NCBI GenBank assembly: GCA_963842525.1
Contig: CAWJGT010000034.1
Location: forward strand, 544,001-608,000
Reading direction: 5' to 3'
DNA length: 64,000 nucleotides
DNA from: an uncultured Holophagales bacterium
Lineage (GTDB): Bacteria; Acidobacteriota; Thermoanaerobaculia; Multivoradales; UBA5704
The notes beneath the pieces are model-generated. The model worked only from the letters and a program-made list of their open reading frames with translations, was not told the origin of the DNA and did not search any database. Both the position numbers and the translations under genes were made by a program. Below, one piece after another: positions 60,770 to 64,000 of this stretch (positions are counted from its first letter, which is position 1; every line of letters begins with the position of its first letter).

Positions 60770-61023
60770 CAGTCCTCCCACATCAGGCCGCGGCACTGGT
60801 TCTGCATCAACATCGCTGACTTCATGCCGGCGAGATGTGCGCCCGCCGACACCCCCACCCCCTCCTCCTCCTTGGCCAGGCGGACCAGGACCATCTCCGG
60901 GTCCTCCTCCGCGAGGCTCACCAGATGCACCAACCAGGTCTCCGGAAGCACGGAGAGCAAACGGATCCCCCACGCCTTGAGGGCATCGTAGACGGTCTGG
61001 GAGTTGGTCGCCGAGACAGGCAT
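60769..61023 (-). pseudogene. Internally deleted sulfopyruvate-decarboxylase-like alpha subunit
   Basis: LSVLPETWL...AKEEEGVGVSAGAHLAG...LMQN joined directly to C-terminal LMWED*. Confidence 0.75.
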
Positions 61024-61106
61024 CGTTCGCCTCAGGATCGCCGAAGCTCAGCAGAGCTTACACCACGGCCGCGCCAGCATGAAGCAGACAAGCTTCGCCT
61101 CCCTGC

Positions 61107-61745
61107 TTATTCAGGCGTCAAACTCCTTCTCTGTGGCTTTCCAACCAAGCGAAGAGCCTTGCCACTCAGTTGATATTCCAGCGTCACGATATACTGCGGG
61201 GCAGCATGTGGGCCATCTGCAGCCACATCAACTTCGAGATTGCCATTCTTTACCTTCAAGCCATCGTTATTAATGCCCCAATAGGATTCAGCATTAGGAT
61301 AATGGCGGCGATAATCCCGCTCCATGTCCTTGTCGCTAATCCCTGCGAGTAACGCGGCGCCTCCATTCTTGATTGTGTAGATATAGATTTCAGAGAGAGC
61401 AAAGTTGGCCATAACTGCGCCACAGTCAACAGGTATGATAGCGTCTTCATGCCCGTCGCCCGTCACATCTGCGTAAATAATCCTATTGTCTGCAACAGCA
61501 AAATAGATATTCTCATTTTTGAATTCGCCATCACGTACGCGAACTGTCTTGCCGATACCACTTTTTCCATATTCCTGTGAGCAGAGAGAGGAGTGATAAG
61601 TGAAGTTGAGAAAATCAACTTTCCGAATATCAGCCATGGCCGCTGGGCCTGGTGCTGAGCCTGCCTGCTTGCTGCCGTGCTGAGCAACAACGTTTGTAAC
61701 GCACAGTAACATTAGCAGGAGGCACAAACTCACTTGTCTCTTCAT
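61107..61745 (-). CDS. Secreted hypothetical protein (low GC)
   Basis: Signal peptide MKRQVSLCLL; IRKVDFLNFTY; YADVTGDGHEDA. Confidence 0.75.
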   Translation of the reverse strand: MKRQVSLCLLLMLLCVTNVVAQHGSKQAGSAPGPAAMADIRKVDFLNFTYHSSLCSQEYGKSGIGKTVRVRDGEFKNENIYFAVADNRIIYADVTGDGHEDAIIPVDCGAVMANFALSEIYIYTIKNGGAALLAGISDKDMERDYRRHYPNAESYWGINNDGLKVKNGNLEVDVAADGPHAAPQYIVTLEYQLSGKALRLVGKPQRRSLTPE

Positions 61746-61799
61746 TTTTCTTCCTTCCATGGATGAATGGGCAACCGCCCAATCGCTACAATTCAAGAG

Positions 61800-61828
61800 A
61801 GCATACATGCGTCGTTGGAGGGTGTCAA
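61800..61828 (-). promoter_or_regulatory. Sigma70-type promoter, copy 1
   Basis: TTGACA-17 bp-TATGCT upstream of 61745. Confidence 0.75.
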
Positions 61829-61932
61829 AGCGTCGTGTAGCCCCTCCAGGGTTGTCGCAAAAGCACCAAAGGAGCCCGGCCCTTGGCGTGGTGCTCCTTC
61901 CTGGGTCCGGTCTTCCTGTATACTTGATCATC

Positions 61933-62290
61933 ATGACCTCATACCGGCTGCAGGCCGCCTTCGCGGTGGCCCTCTTCCTGCCAGTGGCCTTGCCGGCCGC
62001 TCCCCATCTCAGGGAGACCGACGACCTGTGGGTCACCGACGGCAGCGAGGCCGGCACGCGGCGGGTGAAGGACTTCCAGGCCACACCCGGCTCGTCGGGT
62101 CCGCTGGTGCAGACGGTGGTGGGGAACCGTCTCCTGTTCTCGGCGCAGACCGGCGGGGTGGAAGCACCTCTCTTCCTGACCGATGGCACCGCGGCGGGAA
62201 CGCAGATCCTCAGCACCGATGCCTCCTGGGCGTCCGACTTCATCCGTCTCGGGGATCGCCTGCTTCGCCGCGGACGACGGCCTCACCGGT
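61933..62290 (+). pseudogene. Collapsed fragment of an ELWxxDGT-repeat gene
   Basis: Signal peptide joined to LWVTDGSEAGT...LFLTDGTAAGT. Confidence 0.7.
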
Positions 62291-62505
62291 CTCTTCGCTC
62301 GATGACATCCTTCGATCTGGTCGCGCCCGTTGAGCTCTAATGCCGCGGCGGCACGTCAGCCGCGGCGCCAAAGCGGGTCGCATACGTCAGAACACAACTG
62401 TTGAAGATAATCGGCAAATAGAGAATCGCTCCAATACGGCGAAGTAGCGCAACCATCTGTTCCTTTTGGATTCATGGTACAGATCGTCGAGTTGGGCAAG
62501 TAGGT

Positions 62506-62943
62506 TCATACGATCCCAGTGACGCCCCGTTGGCAATCGAGGAGCGTACTAGCCACATCCTCTTGGACGCGAAGACTTGTGCGTGCGTTGGGGAAGTCGA
62601 ATGTGACAAGTGAGATAAGGCCGCTGCTCGGAGGAGACACTGTGATTTCGTGCCACGGAATAAGGACCGGACCGGCGCCGATGCGAAACGGGGCGGCCAC
62701 ATTCAGGTACAGCCCCGCTGGCGTTGCCCTCGCGATGAGTGCCCTGCCGCGGAACCTGCTGGCCCCGACATAGCCCGAGAACTTGGAGTTGGGGCCCTCA
62801 AATGGGCCTGTTTCATAGAGCTTTCGGAGTCGCACCCAACCTGAGACCCGAGCGATGCTGTAGCAGATCGCGAGCCAAAGGACGACGAACCAGACGGCAG
62901 CGAGCGCAATGATGCCGAGAACGAGGCTTACGGTTGTTGGCAC
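62506..62943 (-). CDS. Hypothetical membrane protein (cassette-like)
   Basis: N-terminal TM, SGWVRLRKLY...GLYL...PVLIPWHEI; GCCCAAC just after the stop. Confidence 0.7.
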   Translation of the reverse strand: MPTTVSLVLGIIALAAVWFVVLWLAICYSIARVSGWVRLRKLYETGPFEGPNSKFSGYVGASRFRGRALIARATPAGLYLNVAAPFRIGAGPVLIPWHEITVSPPSSGLISLVTFDFPNARTSLRVQEDVASTLLDCQRGVTGIV

Positions 62944-63004
62944 ACTGCCCCTTCAGGCCATGGCCTGCGCGACGATCGTGGCTCGATGGTTAGGCGTTTT
63001 TGGT

Positions 63005-63342
63005 TCATTGGGTTTTGAGTGGTTCGGTATTTTTCTTTTGAGGCTGAACCTTCCGGAGTTCGTAGCGAGTCAGCCCTTGATCTTCAGCGGCTTCAAAGCT
63101 TTTCGGCGTCTCTTCGTCACCGTCACCTAACGCGGCCAAGGTCAGTTTCCCGTCCTCAATCTTGTAGATGGCGACGACCACTTTGCCGACGCTATTTTCC
63201 TGTCCTGGCGCACAATCTTTGATGGTGGCGTGAAGTTGCCGTGGGTCTGTGCCTGCAGGCAGTGTAATGGTCGTCTCAAACCAAAAGTTCGTGTCCCGGT
63301 GAAAATGGAGTGAATTGCCGGTGATCGTGATGGTGATTTTTT
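63005..63342 (-). pseudogene. 5'-truncated second TIGR03067-like gene
   Basis: KITITITGNSLHFHRDTNFWFETT near-identical to 58183-58656; lacks the signal peptide. Confidence 0.75.
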
Positions 63343-63488
63343 GATGCGACTGATCGCCGACTTCAGGGTATAACCGTATTAGCTCACCGATCCCCGGCGC
63401 CTTATCACACACCTGGGCTGCCGCATAAGTCGCTGACCGAGAGTTGCCGGGTTCTGGTCCAAATCATTCTGCACCTGCAACTTAGGAG

Positions 63489-63517
63489 AGCATACGCGCG
63501 TCATCGGACGGTGTCAA
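63489..63517 (-). promoter_or_regulatory. Sigma70-type promoter, copy 2
   Basis: TTGACA-17 bp-TATGCT, homologous to 61800-61828. Confidence 0.7.
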
Positions 63518-63719
63518 AGGCGGCCGGGTGTGGCGTATAAGGCCCCTTTGGCGGCTTACATGACTGAAGCCGGACGCATCAGCCGCTCTGCAAGCGGAGG
63601 GAACGGTCGGCTTCTCCGTAGTCGAAGAGAGTCGTGTAAGCTCTCCAGGGTTGTCGTAAAAGCATCGGCAGGAGCCAGGCCTTGACTCTCGAAGTCCCTG
63701 GGCGAAGAGTTTCTCCCTG

Positions 63720-64000
63720 ATAGGGGTAGGGAGGACCGGTTGTTTACCCGGTCCCCCCTCCCTCCGAACCGGACGTGCGGATCTCCCGCATCCGGCTCTC
63801 CGGTTGGTGGTCTTACCTCCGAGAGGGTTGACGGGTCTGGGCGTAGGCTGCGTAGAAGGAGTACAGCCCAAGCTCAGCAAAGAAGGTCTTCGGCCAGCGG
63901 TTGTGATCGCGGCCCCGGGATCTCCCCTTGCGCTTCTGGCGGTGGCGCAGGATGCTGCGAAGCCGCATCCGGATCCACTTGTCCAGTTGCTCAAAGGTCG
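63720..64000 (-). mobile_element. Group II intron 3' part: end of RT/maturase ORF plus domains V-VI (continues beyond the window)
   Basis: FEQLDKWIRMRLRSILR...DHNRWPKTFFAELGLYS...* (stop 63813); DV GAGCCGGATGCGGGAGATCCGCACGTCCGGTTC; ends CCCTACCCCTAT. Confidence 0.9.

Noticed and set aside
63720-64000. Group IIC-attC intron targeting the cassette array
   Set aside because: DV has an AGC triad rather than the IIC CGC, the intron is co-oriented with the cassettes, and no attC half is visible at its 3' junction.

Overview
High-GC bacterial window. The gene repertoire (ELWxxDGT repeats, FN3 plus 'CLxGGRF...YWVF' domain, large NRPS) suggests Thermoanaerobaculia/Acidobacteriota, which is an inference. 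1-16.4 kb is the end of an NRPS cluster: C-A-T, then C-A-T-C-A-nMT-T-C-A-T-TE, with predicted residues Lys/Orn, Ser, NMe-Val/Ile and Glu. It is interrupted by a VapBC-type TA pair and a 770-bp MITE (perfect 23-bp TIRs, TTA target duplication) that carries a 63-bp tandem array. 16.4-57 kb mixes housekeeping and accessory genes: MscS-FHA, a pseudokinase, a MetE-like gene coupled to a PAS kinase, AAA_21-DUF4276, a triple-MFP/MacB-like operon, thyA-folA, a TIR-STAND-TPR protein and an ELWxxDGT protein. 57-64 kb is a decayed cassette-like mosaic with an attC site, a B3 metallo-beta-lactamase with an E116 variant, two group II intron 3' ends and many gene fragments. The best candidate for a new system is at 51.0-52.4 kb: a Cys-rich RiPP-type precursor immediately upstream of a methyltransferase with all eukaryotic PRMT motifs and an N-terminal RRE-like domain. 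Palindromic REP-like elements are also inserted in frame at the same loop of three NRPS adenylation domains. The many single-base frameshifts are probably long-read consensus errors.
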